DNA of 57,205 nucleotides, filler included, from Sphacelaria rigidula (taxonomy: Eukaryota): NCBI GenBank assembly GCA_964200075.2. It is 8 parts of 8 records of this genome, joined end to end, with 100 filler letters (N's around TTAATTAATTAA, not from the genome) between each part and the next. Parts side by side here need not be neighbours in the genome. Positions count along the whole stretch, not along the records: positions 35,817 to 42,879 come from CAXNAA020016684.1; positions 42,980 to 50,042 come from CAXNAA020016685.1; 6 more parts are not named here. The stretch is one strand, 5' to 3'. The position numbers and the translations under genes are program-made. Below the pieces are notes generated by a model. The model searched no databases. It was not told the origin of the DNA and worked only from the letters and a program-made list of their open reading frames with translations. Below, piece after piece: positions 35,817 through 49,032 of the stretch (within the stretch, counting starts at the first letter, position 1; each line of letters starts with the position of its first letter).

Positions 35817-36199
35817 GTTCTTCCGTTCTGATGACTTGGGCAGGCATGATCATGAGTACCCCCCCCCCCCCCCCCCCCCTATCGTAGCACGGCTCGCTGG
35901 TACATGTTGTCTTTCCGATGGCAGTGCTCGTTGATAGCTTCTAGAAATTGTGCGCCGTTTGGTTTGTCGTATGCGCCGCAACTCCCTCTACAGCACGAAA
36001 CCCCCGCCCTTCCTCAGGAAGCCTGGTTGATGAATTGCACGGTTCGCACGAGTAAAGTCGTGATTCGAGTCATGTTCCACATTTGGATGAATCAATAATA
36101 CGATTCGTACACGAGTTGTGATTTGAATATGTTCCGGGTTCATGATGCATACGACACCACTTCGAGAGTGCACATTCCCAGTCCGTGATTCGTGCGGTA

Positions 36200-36520
36200 C
36201 ACCGTCAAAGATACACTTTTCCTACCTTCCATTCGTATGGTGTGAATCATAGTTACATACTTCCCGAATTCCGTTGATGCATCATGAATCATAGCTAGAC
36301 GTTACCCACCTTCTATTCATACGAGGTGAATCAAGCGTACATGTTTCCCAACTTCCGTCCATGCAGCATGAATCATACGCTCATGTTCCCCACCTTTCAT
36401 TCATACGAGGTGAATCAAGCGTACACGTTTCCCAATTTCAGTTCATGTGGCATGAATCATCCGTACATGTTCCCTACCTTTCATTCATACGAGATAAATC
36501 AGGTGTACATGCTTCCGACC
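36200..36520 (+). repeat. 42-bp minisatellite with alternating A/B monomers (84-bp higher-order unit)
   Basis: gtgaatcaagcgtaca.gtttcccaa.ttc.. alternates with atgaatcat....catgttccc.acctttcattcatacgag; about 7 monomers. Confidence 0.85.
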
Positions 36521-38003
36521 AATGATACAGGAATTGTGATGTGTACATATTTTGCATCCTGGTTCGTCTGATATCCCACGCAGTGTACAGGTTGGGCCGC
36601 CCAAGAAACGGACTTTCCTTCAGCCGGTCCTAACTGACGATGCATCGCGAGTTGTGCCTACCATGACACATCATAGTAATCTGCAAATCAACGCACATCT
36701 TTCACTTCACGTAGCACTGCGATCCGACAAGTTCCCATCAAACGAAATATCAAACTGTAGTCAGCTGCGAAGTGTAGAGAGTTGAGGGTGATATGTGAGG
36801 CGGAATTAGGGGGGGGGAAAGGCTTGAATCTTATTTTCGGTCACAGTCGGTTGTGCCGCGGTCGTCAAGTGACGGTGCTGCACAAATTGTGGTTGTACAA
36901 CAATGCATGTCGTGCTGTAGGCGTGCAGTGTCTGAGATGGCACGCAGACGAGGCCTCCAGCGCGCCAAGGCGTCTGGTTGTTTTCTATTATAACTTGACA
37001 AGATGTACAGAACGCATGTGCGAAGACCCCATCATCATCCCTCTACATTTTTCTCTTCCGTGAGTTATTGGTGACTAAACATTTCAGAACATTTTTTCGG
37101 AACTACATCGTGAGTAATTCTCGAGGAAAAAAATCTTGGGGGAGGCATGATGAGGTCTTCGCTCAAACTTCCTGTACATCGTGTCAAAATTTAATGAAAA
37201 ACGACCCAAAATTGAGCAGCATAATCGTGTGTTCACATTCCTGTCCGCATCTTGGGCGACCCACCAGCCTGTACACATTCCCAGTTCGTGATTCGTGCGG
37301 TATGACCTTGAACGTATAAATTTACCATCCGTGATTCATACCAGATGTCTCTTCGGTACATGATTCGCATTCAACATTCATGGAGAGTCAACCCGTATGA
37401 ACTCTGGTCCGTCCGAACCGTGATGATTCGGTTGATTGTCGCACATCAACTGATCCCCATGGATTGAGCACTGCCGTGCTCACATCGTAGACGTACTCGA
37501 GATTGAGTAGGATGAAAACATTTGCTGAAGAAAGGTGAAGGATTTAGAAAGGCGGAATGGACACAAATGGTAGACAGAGAGAAAAAAACAGCATGAAATA
37601 CCAAACGCGAGCAGAAAGTCAAGGTTGTGTCTTGACAACATACACGCAACGTATGTGCTTTGGAAATGGTCGGCAGGACACTCTTTAGGCTCTTCAGGCT
37701 ACCAATTAGCCAGACCGGTCTGGCTAGCAATATTCACATTTTCCTCTTGGGCTCCTGTGCCATTGTTCAGCATGCTTGTCACGGTCGTTGTAACCGATGG
37801 CATGCCTAGAGCACTTACTGTACTGAACCTCGTGTGGCATGTGGCATAGATCATGGATTCCATGCGCGAATAGTTTGAAAGCAAGCATTTACTGCAATAC
37901 TTGCAAGAATGGTTGAGTATTGGTTCATGAGCAGTCACTGTCCCCACATTTCTCTGCTGATGGCGTGCTTAGTGCTCTCATCTCCATTTTCGAAGATGCA
38001 TAG

Positions 38004-41000
38004 CCTGTTCCGAGTTCAAGATACCCTGGCGCAGGGGCTCTTGATGAGGAGGTCAGGTGATGCAATACGGTCTTCGTAAGCATGGATGAAATGGCGCTAC
38101 CAGGGCGTGCCAAATACCGGCAGCTAGCTAGCCTGACTTCATTCGAAATATCCTTCGCCTTCGTGCGTGCCTTATCCTGCTTGAATGTTGCGCCATCGGC
38201 AGCTATCTTCACGAGGTGGTCCAGAAGGCAATGGACATGCACAGCATTTGCGACGGGGTCTGGTCCAATCCTTTGTTGGCAGCTTACCAAGTGTGCCATG
38301 ACCTGTGCTGCAGTATGATGCTCGAGATATTGCATGGACAGGCTCAAAAACTGGCGACGAGAACAGGGGGCTTGTGGGCTCATCAGCTCAAGGTGCTGTT
38401 CCACAAGGAAAAACAGGTGAGTTGCCCGAAATGTTTGAGCCACCTAACCTCAACCAACGTGAGGAGGACAAGTCGTACGGGCAGGTATAGTATTTGTGCT
38501 TTGAACTGGCTTTGAAACATACGGTAACTTGAGACAATGCTCTCGATTGCGCTTCCCTCTCCTTGTAGGTGCTCGACTTATGCGTGTGGCAAAGAGAATT
38601 CTCCACTGGCCTGGGGGGTACTGGTCGAGATGTTGGTGTGGGAGGTGTTGATGCCGATGATGAAAAGCTGCGCCACCAACCAACCGGACTCAACTCAGAA
38701 TCTGCGGAGGCGACCGGCCTCCCACCAGCTCCAGTGGGATGTCGATATATGCGAGTGCATCCGCCACTAGATGGGAGTGGGCAGGTGATTTCATCGATAA
38801 CTCGACGGTAGGGAGCAGCAATCCCCTATTTGCGAAACTTGTGTGCTACAATCACTCTCGAACGCCGGTAAAAAATGAGCTGTACATTCATCATGTAGTT
38901 CGTATTTCCCGGAGCACAATTTTGGTTCGATCTTTTTGTGGTGCGCGACCTTACTGCAGATCCGATGGCCACATTGTTGCAGATGATGGTTTTACTGGGG
39001 CCTGTGGGCGAATTACTTGGAGAAGGAAGTACTGGAGGCGGCGACGGGGTCACACCAAATACCAATGTCACGTCGGACAAGAACACAGCGGCATTGGATA
39101 CTCCCGTGGGAGCTGTTCAAGTGCATCCTGATAGGTTGAGCTGTGGACAGATGTTACTAGCCGCGGTCAGAACGTTTGCCTCGCAGAAAGCTCTGACGTT
39201 GGCGCGCGAACTGGAAGGCATGGCGCGGCAGCTGGGGTGGGTATTTATGCTAACCGGCAGTGCAGCTGTGCAGCTCATCGAGCGTGTTTTCTTGCTTTGA
39301 GTGGCAGCAGCGCATTTGACCGTGAAAACGTGACTCCGATATGGTGGTATATCGTTGGCTTTCATGGATTTTTCCGACGGCTGAAGGGTCCGTCACTCAG
39401 ATGAACAGGAATCCCCCTTTACACCCGCCCTCTCGCGTTTGCTGCTGAATTCTGGTTTGTTCTGCAGGACGCATAACCCTGCGGTGTCTGTGGTGAACGG
39501 CGTATCTGTCTCCCTGTGCCCTTTCGGGAATGGATACTTGGAGGTGTCTGTAGATGTCAAGAGTGGCAGGTGAGGTGCTGGCAAAAGTGGGTACGCCTCA
39601 TTTTTTGGTGGCGGGAGTACGAAGTTTATGGAGATTGCAGTCCTTCATTAATTGTACCGCGTCGCTCATGTGTACACTTCCCTGGACCATGTGCAGGTAT
39701 CTTGTTGAAGACACCTTGTCGCGCAGCAACAAATCCATGGCGCGATGTGTTTCCCGTTTGAGCGAGGCTTTGAATCTACTACCTCATACAGACACGCAGA
39801 GCTTGAGTGCAACATTATCTGCGGCCATGTCAAGCGGTAGATTACTGCTATCAACATGGCGACCATCTGGTGGCTACATGCAGGGTGGGGAGCAGCAGGA
39901 TCTGCGTCAGCAGCAGGTGAGTGCCAGCTTGTTGTGTCGAAGTGGTAGTTTCCTCGGTTTTACCCTGCTTCGACAGCGGTCCATGTCAAATAGTATGTGC
40001 TGTTCGTTTTGGACGGTTGCAGGTCAAGGCAGAGGGACATGAACGAAAGCTCATTTTGCGATGAAAATTCTCACGGGGTTGTATATAATGCTCGAGACTT
40101 GTGCCGATTATCTAATAGCTGACGTGCAGAACGCCAGGTGGCATGGGTTCCTTCTCACATAAGGGAATGCTGACTTCGGTTTGACGCTACGATGCCAGGT
40201 GCGCCGGTGCATGGCGGAATCCTTGGCACTCCTTCTCCGCGATGAGGTCGAAACCGTGTGGCGCTGTGCGTTGGGGATGGTCCCCTGCCAGCGCTGGCAA
40301 GCGCTGCTCGGACGTTCGAATCCAATATTCAGCGAGACGGGCTTGGACTCTCCTGTGCAGGACGGCTTCGGTACGCTGAGATCTTTCGTGTGCCTTGGCC
40401 AATTCCGGGAGAAGGGTGTACAGTTGTCGGACGAATGGCGGCGTAGACGGCGCAGCGGCCGTCTGCGACTAACAGGACCAGGCGAGATCGAGCTGACCAC
40501 GGCGGAGAGAGCGGCAACACCGGGTCGAATTCCTACGGTGACACAAGACGACGCCGCGTGGAGTTCAGCTGTAAACCCCGGATCTCACACTTTTGGCTTG
40601 GGCTCTGATTGGCACCGTGGCGACGGAGCTCTGCCGGGACTCGCGGCCTCCTTGGCGGCTGTCTCAGATGTAGATGAGCATGATGGACCCAAGCCGTTCC
40701 TGCAGTCGAGGGGAAATGGAGCTTCGCCAGGTGAGCAAGATGGTACTGCATCACCTATGGGCGGTGTCCTAGAGGACACGGACGAGGATCTCTCCTTCTT
40801 CTTGGAGGTGGAGGTTTCTACGAGTATGAGGGTAAAGCACACACTCGTCGTGGCGTCGCAGCCGACCCCGGTTGGAGCTTGTCCGTCTCCTCGTCCGTCC
40901 CCTCGCCCCATTGTAGATGAGACGTACGACATAAAACCCTCTTCACTGCGGGCGGCGTTTCCGGACTGTTCGCTGGAAGCAGCCCTACTTCCTGCCGATC

Positions 41001-42394
41001 CTATTTCAAACGTGGATGGAGATGGGCAGGCATCGCTCCTGGAAAAGCGCTCTTCATCCCGCTTATACGCGAGTGACGGGGCAGGGTGGGACGAGACACT
41101 CGGCCACAGTGCTACGTTGTCACACAATTATCTCGCTCCCGATGGTCCACCTCTTGCCAAGAGATTGGCCATGACCGCCCTCTCCGGTGCACATTGCGTC
41201 GCATCTGTTCCAGAGACCTTCGGTTCACGACAAGACCCAGCTACTTCACTGGAAGCTATTTACGCGCACGAGACAGCGCAACTCGCAAAAGGCCTTGTGC
41301 CATTCGCGCGGCTACAGCATGCCCTGGCGAAAGTAGGCGCGGGTATATCGCTGGACCTTGACAGCTTGACTCAACTTCCAAGTCCTTTCTGCCCAGTTTC
41401 GTCGTGTGCGGTACTGTTGGGTGGTGAGGAAGGGTGGTCGAGCGCACAGCTTGCGGCGAACTTCGCGGTTGTTCGTTTCCTTCCTGGGCATAGTCAAGCT
41501 GACAGCTGGGAGTGGAAGGTAACACTGGGTTCTACGACACAGCTGATGGATTACGTGCCGGTTGACACTAAGAAGAGCGGCGAGCATGGGGTGGTACTTG
41601 AGCATTTGTCATTGCTGGAAAATGTAGAGATTGGGCGCAGTCCGCCCGTCCGTGGGGCTGCCGGCGAGATTCGGAATAGTAGTCATATACAAGATCAGAA
41701 GTTCATTCGATTCCGTTTCCCGGCCTCGTTTTCCGTGCATGCCATGTGCCGCGCGTTCGCTTTAGCCGGCGAGGGGTTAACTGCCATGTGGCATTTGACC
41801 TCTCAGGCGGCAAAGTTGCTTCGAACTGATGCTGGGGGTGGGGGATATAGTGTGGTATCATTTAGCCCGATACATGTCGCATTGCGCGATTTCAGCTCTC
41901 GGCATATGGTGCTCCTCACGCACAGTGCCTTCTCAGCGACGTGCATAGGCTGCGCGGAGCGCCCGGGACTCGTCTTGATTCCGCAACCAGAGGTTCCGAC
42001 GTGCCCAGCGGCTTTGCGCGAGCTCGAAGCTTCAGTGAAGAAACACTTGGATCTGAGCGCCCTGTTGCATGGCCTCTCACGCACTCTCCCTGTTCTCGAG
42101 GTTGTGGCAAGGGTTGTTCCAGGAGTAGGCCGAGGTATCGATACGCCTGGTGGTGGTAACGGTAACTTCTTGCTTTCAGCAGTGAGCCCAGCTTGTTTCG
42201 TACTGTCAAAGCTTTCGGCACATGGAGCGCAACGAGATTCCTATCCAAGCCGCGACCTGACGTTGATGGTGCAAGCACAAGGGCGAGTTGGAGTATCCAG
42301 GCAGGGCGAGGGGAAAGAGGACGTTACGGTTGACGCATTAGGATTGCGGGATTTGTTGCTTGAGTGGATCGCATCAAATACCGCATTACCATGA
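38004..42394 (+). CDS. MED14: Mediator complex subunit 14, 3' portion; exons 38004-38056, 38203-38416, 38569-38784, 38983-39236, 39468-39569, 39697-39916, 40199-42394
   Basis: All junctions are GT-AG and in phase. Peptides YLHEVVQ..NPLLAAYQVCHDLCCSMMLEILHGQAQKL..W, VLDLCVW, DRLSCGQMLLAAVRTFASQK and LEVSVDVKSGRY match in order the recalled MED14 motifs (PLxxxYxxLHxFCLSLQLEVLHSQ, LSLSVW, DHLSIEKLL, LHIFVDLHSG). N-terminal exons not found in this contig. Confidence 0.82.
40199..42394 (+). CDS. MED14: MED14 large terminal exon (~731 aa)
   Basis: ORF 40181..42394 with acceptor tgccag|GTG in phase 0 with the preceding donor CAG|gtgagt. Confidence 0.85.
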   Translation: MRRCMAESLALLLRDEVETVWRCALGMVPCQRWQALLGRSNPIFSETGLDSPVQDGFGTLRSFVCLGQFREKGVQLSDEWRRRRRSGRLRLTGPGEIELTTAERAATPGRIPTVTQDDAAWSSAVNPGSHTFGLGSDWHRGDGALPGLAASLAAVSDVDEHDGPKPFLQSRGNGASPGEQDGTASPMGGVLEDTDEDLSFFLEVEVSTSMRVKHTLVVASQPTPVGACPSPRPSPRPIVDETYDIKPSSLRAAFPDCSLEAALLPADPISNVDGDGQASLLEKRSSSRLYASDGAGWDETLGHSATLSHNYLAPDGPPLAKRLAMTALSGAHCVASVPETFGSRQDPATSLEAIYAHETAQLAKGLVPFARLQHALAKVGAGISLDLDSLTQLPSPFCPVSSCAVLLGGEEGWSSAQLAANFAVVRFLPGHSQADSWEWKVTLGSTTQLMDYVPVDTKKSGEHGVVLEHLSLLENVEIGRSPPVRGAAGEIRNSSHIQDQKFIRFRFPASFSVHAMCRAFALAGEGLTAMWHLTSQAAKLLRTDAGGGGYSVVSFSPIHVALRDFSSRHMVLLTHSAFSATCIGCAERPGLVLIPQPEVPTCPAALRELEASVKKHLDLSALLHGLSRTLPVLEVVARVVPGVGRGIDTPGGGNGNFLLSAVSPACFVLSKLSAHGAQRDSYPSRDLTLMVQAQGRVGVSRQGEGKEDVTVDALGLRDLLLEWIASNTALP

Positions 42395-42879
42395 GATGCA
42401 TTGTCGTGTAGATGAAAAAGTGCACGTCGTACCTAATAGGAGGTGCCCGTGCTCGTAGTGATGATGGATGAACATAAGTGAAAACCCATCTTCTAGTCTG
42501 AGGAAATGTGGACGTGAATCATACAACCCTGTCCCTTTAAGCGTACTTTAACCCATAATATAAGTCATGTGCGGAAAACGATAGGGTAAATATCATCTGT
42601 GTTGTCGTCCCAATTGTCGGGCTATTGTACGGATATTCTTCAGATAGTTTGTAAACTACACTGAAGCTATAGTCTATACGCCGTGCTTTAACTGAGGGAA
42701 GTGTTTTCTTCAACTTCGGGATGCGGTAGAAGAAAACGAAAGGACTTTTCGACGGTTGACTTCGAGGAGTCCTAGGTACAAACAAACCTTGTTACCGTCG
42801 ATGTGTCCACGCTCGTCCGTCACGACCAAACACAATGCCCCCCCCCCCCCCCACCGCACCCCCCCACGCCCATTTCCTA

Positions 42880-42979
42880 NNNNNNNNNNNNNNNNNNNNN
42901 NNNNNNNNNNNNNNNNNNNNNNNTTAATTAATTAANNNNNNNNNNNNNNNNNNNNNNNNNNNNNNNNNNNNNNNNNNNN
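42880..42979. other. Artificial contig spacer
   Basis: N44-TTAATTAATTAA-N44. Confidence 0.99.
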
Positions 42980-43499
42980 TTGTCGCGTCAGTCGTCGGTT
43001 CGCAGCTAAACCACACCGCGAGTTCGAGACGGAGCACAGGGGGGGGGGAGAAAAACAAGGAGAAAATCGCAGAAGCGATGAAGCCCAAGGGCACAGTAGA
43101 GCATGTACACAAGCACAGTCAGGGGACCCCGCAAGGCCACACGTCAGAGAAAAGCCAACGACCGATAAGAGAAAACAAGGGAAGACAAGCTTCCGTGTTG
43201 AGGGAGCTGCCCCCAGTTATCCCTAGTTGGATGCAAACCGGGACACTCTGTCGACCATTTCCATCCTGGATTCCTCGCGAGCTGTTGCTCTTGTCGGTGG
43301 CGACTGTCCGATCGGTGGCTCTTGATGCTGCAGCCTCTCGTTTGAGGTGAAGGTTCAATCAGTGTTTGTCTTCCCGTCGCCACACCTTCTCGAACGTTTT
43401 CGCCCGATTCTCGATTACGGGATCTTATTTGCGGATGTTGCTCGCCGCAGGGACCCAATGGTGCGGGTCTTTGACCTCCACACCGTAGACGAACCATTT

Positions 43500-46330
43500 A
43501 TGTTGTGTTAATCTGCGTATAAGAGCCCCTAGTGCACGTAGCTTCTTCTGGAGACGGTCGGGGGGCGGCCAGCCTCCTCGGTCCCTCGTGGGGCTAACCG
43601 TCCGAACACGAGACGCTTTGGCCCCGACAAGCTAGAGTTGACGCTTGCGGATGATCGTTTCGATGCGTTCGCAGCTGACCATCTCGAGCACCATCTCTGT
43701 ACTGAGGGGTCTTGTCGGCAGTTCGCTCCTTCATGCGGAATCCAACCACTCGCAGTAAAAGCTGAGGGTGGCCAGTGTGCAGACTCTCGAAGTCCTCCAG
43801 ACGCAGCGTTCATGCAGCACATCCGTTAAACACAGCTTGCACCGCCTCCGCATCAAGCAGCCGAAGTTTCAGAGGTAGCTGGGAGTTGGGCCAGTCGTGG
43901 ATAACTGTACTTTCGAAGGCGTGCCCACGCAGCGCTGATGTGGCGATTGATTTCGACGGAACTTTGCATCCGCGCTGACAGCATTACCAAGGTAGACAAA
44001 GTTGACCGTCTGCTTCTATCGTTGACCTGCCACGTCAATGTAAATTGTGGTGGCTGCGGAGCTTGGTACTGACCACAGGCGCATGGCTCTGCCTTACTCT
44101 CAAATACCGTCAATCCGAACTCCTGACAGACCACCATTATCACGGCCATCATTTTAGCAAGCCCGTCTGTGAATCTTGAGACTATGCCTATGTCATCGGC
44201 ATACAGCATTGGCCATACCGCGCGTCGCACGTTCTCCAGCGGCGTCTCTTCCAGGGGTTCAATATCGCCATCTGTTGCGCATCAGCCAGATATCTCAAGT
44301 CTGGGACGATGACTGGGTCTGCCGCGAACAACTGTCAGATCACGTTGACCAAAGTTGCGCCGAAGGTGTTGAATAATAGCGGGGACGAAAGGAAACCTCG
44401 TCTGGGTCTATGGCGGTTGTGGAACTACGCTGATAGTTTGCCATTCTCCAGCGGTACCCGAGCTCGCATGCTATGAAACATAAGGACGATTCTAATCATC
44501 TGCGGCGGAACCCCGAACCACACAAGCAATTCCCACAGGAGCGTGTGGTCTCCGGAATCGTAGGTCTCCTGTAGGTCGATGAACCACATGTTTAGTGGGA
44601 CATTGCTCGCCAGTTCAACCTCCTGCAGTTGGCGCATCACGAACAGCATGTCTGTGGTCGATCTTTGGCGCCAAAACCCACACTTCCTTTGGAAGTATCC
44701 CTGCCTCCTTGAAGAAACTACCGAAACTGTTTGCTACGGTTTTGAGGAGAACTTTGCCAACGAGGAAAATACCCCTGTAGTTATTATAATCGATCCTATT
44801 CTTCAAGTGTAGCACTTCGATAGTGGCGTATTCTGACTCCTGCGTCCCCTCGCCAGATGTCCAGACCGCGACGATGCTGTGAAAGTGGTACATAATCTTC
44901 TAAGGCTTTTTACTCAGTCCATAGCTTGAGAACTTCAGTAGGTAGACAATCCCGGCCTGTTGCTTTGCCGTTAGCCATAGCTCTCGAGGTATCCTCCGTT
45001 TCAGGTGGGGTCCAGGAGACAACGCTGTCGGTCATGGCGCAATGTTCTCGATGACGGCTCGGCCGATAGTTCCCATCTCTCACTTGTTAAACCTTCGTCC
45101 CGGAGTAAATTTCCATTCTCATCCTTGATATCCTGCTCACTCTCTACTTCCGTCCAGCCAGCCTCCACCCTCTATTCGGATGTCCGTACCATCCTCTCAT
45201 GTCCCAAATTCCAAAGCATTCCTCCAGTTCCTTCAGATACACGTCCGAGTACTTGTTCACCCCGGCTTGAATCACCTCTTGGAGGTTCCTGCAAGCTGAT
45301 CGCACGGTGTGCCATACGGGGCTATCTCTCGGTCCAATTCACGTCGTCAGCCTTGCCCTTTCCTCCTTATTCCAGGCCTGTCCGACCTCCGTTCTCAGGG
45401 GTATGTTGGCGCGGCCAGCACTGACTGTATCGCCAGTTCTACCCTGCTTAACCTCGCTGATGATGAGCTGGATGAGTCGTTCATGTCGATCGGTGTCATA
45501 CGTGAATGCCCGCATGTCGATCGGTTTGTGCATAGTGGATGTTCACCAAAGGTCTGTTGCGTACGGAGCGACAAAGGAACCGCACTATGAAGCAAAGGAT
45601 GTTGTGGTCAGCGCCCGGCGAATTCGACGGTTGAAGATGGATGATGACATTGCGTACAAAGCTGCGGTAATCTTGCCGTGTGAGGACGTAGTCAATCTGT
45701 GTCTTGTCCGCGTGACGATTCGCAATATCGTTGGACATATGCAACATACCTCCCTTCGTGAAGAAAACGTGTTGACCAGGGCAAGCCTGTCATCACCCGC
45801 AGCAAAGACATGTCGCGATCCTTGACTCGGGAGTTCCAGCCGTACGACCCCACTATTTTACAGTCCTCCTCTCCTGTTCTTACCCCAGTCCTACCTTTAG
45901 TACCCATCAAAATAACTAGGGGTGGTTATTGTTGGAGACTCGGTTTTACAGCGCTGTCCAACTCAATCCAGGACATTTGCATATTGCCTCATTACTTTTA
46001 TGCGTATGTAGGGGCATACGCAAAACTAAAGGTGACGGCTTCGATATGCCCGCGAGTTTGATAGTCATCGACATGAAGCATTCCCAGATGAACGCCCTGG
46101 TCCACGTTGCCTTCTTCAAAGTATACTCTTTGACTGTCAACACAACCCCATGCTGTCCAGCCCTTCCCTTGCTTCCTCTAGCCCTGTAGCGGAGGAGACG
46201 GTATCCCGCGGCAGCGAACTCAACTCGGCCCGACTCCCTGTCTCCTCCAGTCCGATGATGTTACAACCTATCCGCTCGACACTTTCGCAGAACCACCTCA
46301 GCATGGCCAGCCCCGTTATTTTCGCAGGAG
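43500..46330 (-). mobile_element. Degenerate RTE-clade LINE (APE endonuclease plus reverse transcriptase), near full length, many frameshifts and stops
   Basis: EN: GQHGVVLTVKE, GRTG, QIDYVLTRQ..ADHNIL. RT: NYRGIFLVGKVL, MLFVMRQLQE..FIDLQETYDS..LLWELLVWFGVP, MLYADDIGIVS..EFGLTVFESKAE. Boundaries approximate. Confidence 0.92.
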
Positions 46331-47162
46331 ACAGTGTACAGACGTTGTAAGTTGCTACTTTGAGCTTCCCTACATGTGATATAGCTGTAGCCCCATCTAT
46401 ACCTGCACGTAAAGCTATTTCTTTTCTGCCTTCTTCTTGGGTACATTCCTCTTTTCAATCATACGCTCGAGCTTTCTTTCTTCCGATCCTCCTTTTGCAC
46501 ATCAATCACCGCATTCGCCTTGCGTTTTGATTTCACGGGGAAGGTGCAGCCATCCCGGCCCGCGTCGGCCGCTAGCTCCAGTCCACAGAATCTGAGACTT
46601 ACTCACACATGCCTCAACTCCATGGACGTGTTTTCCGTGAAAGTACCTCAACTTCGGGTAACACTCTGCAGCTGCGCGGTTGAGTTTGGTCCCAGTACGG
46701 GTAAAAAGCTCGGCAGCTGCGGGGTTGAACCTGGAGTTCCAACACGGTCGACACGCCCCACTGGCTAAGTTTGTGTGTTGAACCACCACTGACACAAAAC
46801 ACAGACTAGTGCGTAAGTCATGTTACTCTTCTCCACGCGTGGTTGTACCATTTAGTTGATTGGGGTTAGCTTAGCCCGACACGACCACCCCCAGCCGAAA
46901 GGCAGTGGAGGGCAGAGAGTGGATATGTGTCTGCAAAGAGAGTCAAGATATGAAGCCCTCCGTGGGCAAAGGGACTGACACCCTACAAATGCGCATAGCA
47001 CAGATGCACACCCTACCAAAGCATACTTCGAGTCTATGGATGTTGGTGGTGGAAGGAGAACGTTAGCTACATAGTAGTGGGCCAGCGTTAGTGATGGAGC
47101 TTGGCGATGGGTACGTGATGATGATCTAGTGCCTGCACCCGATTGGCTTAAGACGCAACTAA

Positions 47163-47344
47163 GGTCGTGTCTTCTCAAATCGTTCTCGTGTCGAAACGTG
47201 CGGTCGAATCGAATTCGCTCGTGATTCGCCCACGTTATCTATTTCCTCGGATGGTTGAGAACATTAATGGCTTGGACGTATCGGATACGAGCAAATTCCA
47301 TTACACCGTACGTTTTCGACTCGAAAACAATTTAAGACACGCCC
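47163..47344. mobile_element. Short PIF/Harbinger-like MITE with TAA target duplication
   Basis: TAA|ggtcgtgtctt..tcgaaacgtgcggt..gaattcgctcgt inverted to acgagcaaattc..accgtacgttttcga..aagacacgccc|TAA. Confidence 0.75.
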
Positions 47345-47832
47345 TAATGATGTCATTATCCGACCAAGCTATAGGCAATTTAGTAAGAGCCCTTCCCCAT
47401 AAATTAATACAGCAACTCGACCATCTTCGCGTGCTAGCTGTGACCATAGCCCCGGGCGACGAGCATGGCACAAACCCCCTACCTTGTGCTTCGGTCATTG
47501 CTTCGACTTCGATTGGCTCGTCTGACTCCGATCCTGGCCCGGGCGATAACGTCCTTCGGGCCCTGTGTATTACAATATTGGGGTGAAAGTGGCGACGTTG
47601 TTAAAACGAGAAGGCTTTTCGGCGCAAAAAACTATCAATGGATATGGTTATCGAATGTTGCGGCAAGTAGCTTTGGTGTTGGGATGGCTGTGGCATGTTA
47701 GGGGTGGAAAGAGGTGAGGTTCCGGCGTGCTGTGGTACGGTCCGCGGGCAAGCCCGAACGTTTTGAGCCCTACCGGGCTGTAGTTGTGCCCAGGGCACAT
47801 AAAACCAGCCAAATGCGCGAGGATCTCCTGGT

Positions 47833-47920
47833 TTAACCCTGGGACCGCGAGGGTAGGTCACCCGCCGAATTGGCACCATTTTCACTTGAAAATGGTTTGC
47901 TTGATCCAGATGGACTACCC
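47833..47920 (+). mobile_element. piggyBac-like MITE copy (right TIR truncated)
   Basis: TTAA|ccctgggaccgcgagggtaggtca..gaattggcaccattttcacttgaaaa..tgatccagatggactaccc. Confidence 0.7.
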
Positions 47921-48372
47921 GCATTGCGTGTGGCGTGTTTGGAGTACTAGGTGAGCATAGGAAAGGATTGCACAACATTCACGTCAGACCGTGGATGCAC
48001 GCGAAAGCAGGTAGAGTTTCGACAAAAAAGACTGCCAAACCCGACCGAATAGTTCCAATGACCCCCGCAGGTAACCTCCAACCCCCAGCAGCAACCGAAT
48101 CGTCATAGCCAAGCCTGCATCATGGCGGCATCACGTCAAGCATATGGATGTCCCCACTGCAGAGATGGCGCTGAACTATTGTTGCAAAATTTCCAACTTT
48201 CTCTCCAAGGGGGTCCGAACACTACTACTGTACGCATTTGAGTATATACCCGCAGACGGTAGCTTGGTAGCTTACCGACAGCGTGGAACCCACACCAACA
48301 CCCGCCCCCCAACAACAGTCACACACGACAGCACCTCTTCCGGTAAAAGCGACATCAGTACGAAAATAGCCA

Positions 48373-48958
48373 TCACTCAAGCATCGAAAGGTTCCCCTCG
48401 TCACCCTGGTACTCTTTCCTGTACACGTCGGCACCTTCTGAAAATTGGACTGAGTCGATATAACCAGCCAGTCCAATACAGACAGTACAAACAGTAGACG
48501 GCAAACCAGTGCAGTACGTTGGGGTACTGTACAAAGTACAGGCAGTGCTGCAGATAATACAAAGAGTGCGGTACAGTCAGTACCGTGTAGTACCAGATCT
48601 TTGCAGCATTCCTCGACGATATTTGAAAGGTGGTAGGGCCAGGTTCTCTGTGTACTCACCCCATCTGCCTCTCTTTCGCGTTCGTGATTCGCCGCTCCTG
48701 TTGCAGAGCCATAGTGCGTTAGGGCGCTAAACGAAAACCTTTGTGTAACGGTACACCCGCCTGCCCATCATGGTGTGTCAGACCGGCGATCGAGGCGTTT
48801 GCAGGACACACGTACAAAAAATTCTCAAGGAATTGACGGACCGAATAAAATTCTCGCAGTTTCGTAAGTTTCTCCCATAATCGTAACCACTCTGGGTGCG
48901 CCGCGATGAGAGAGCGCAGTGTACCCTGTGCTGCTGGTGTGACGCTTACCTGCCACTT

Positions 48959-49032
<74 letters not shown>

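Noticed and set aside
36326..36571. Repeat-protein ORF with 14-aa units
   Set aside because: A by-product of a 42-bp minisatellite; no supporting splice or start context.
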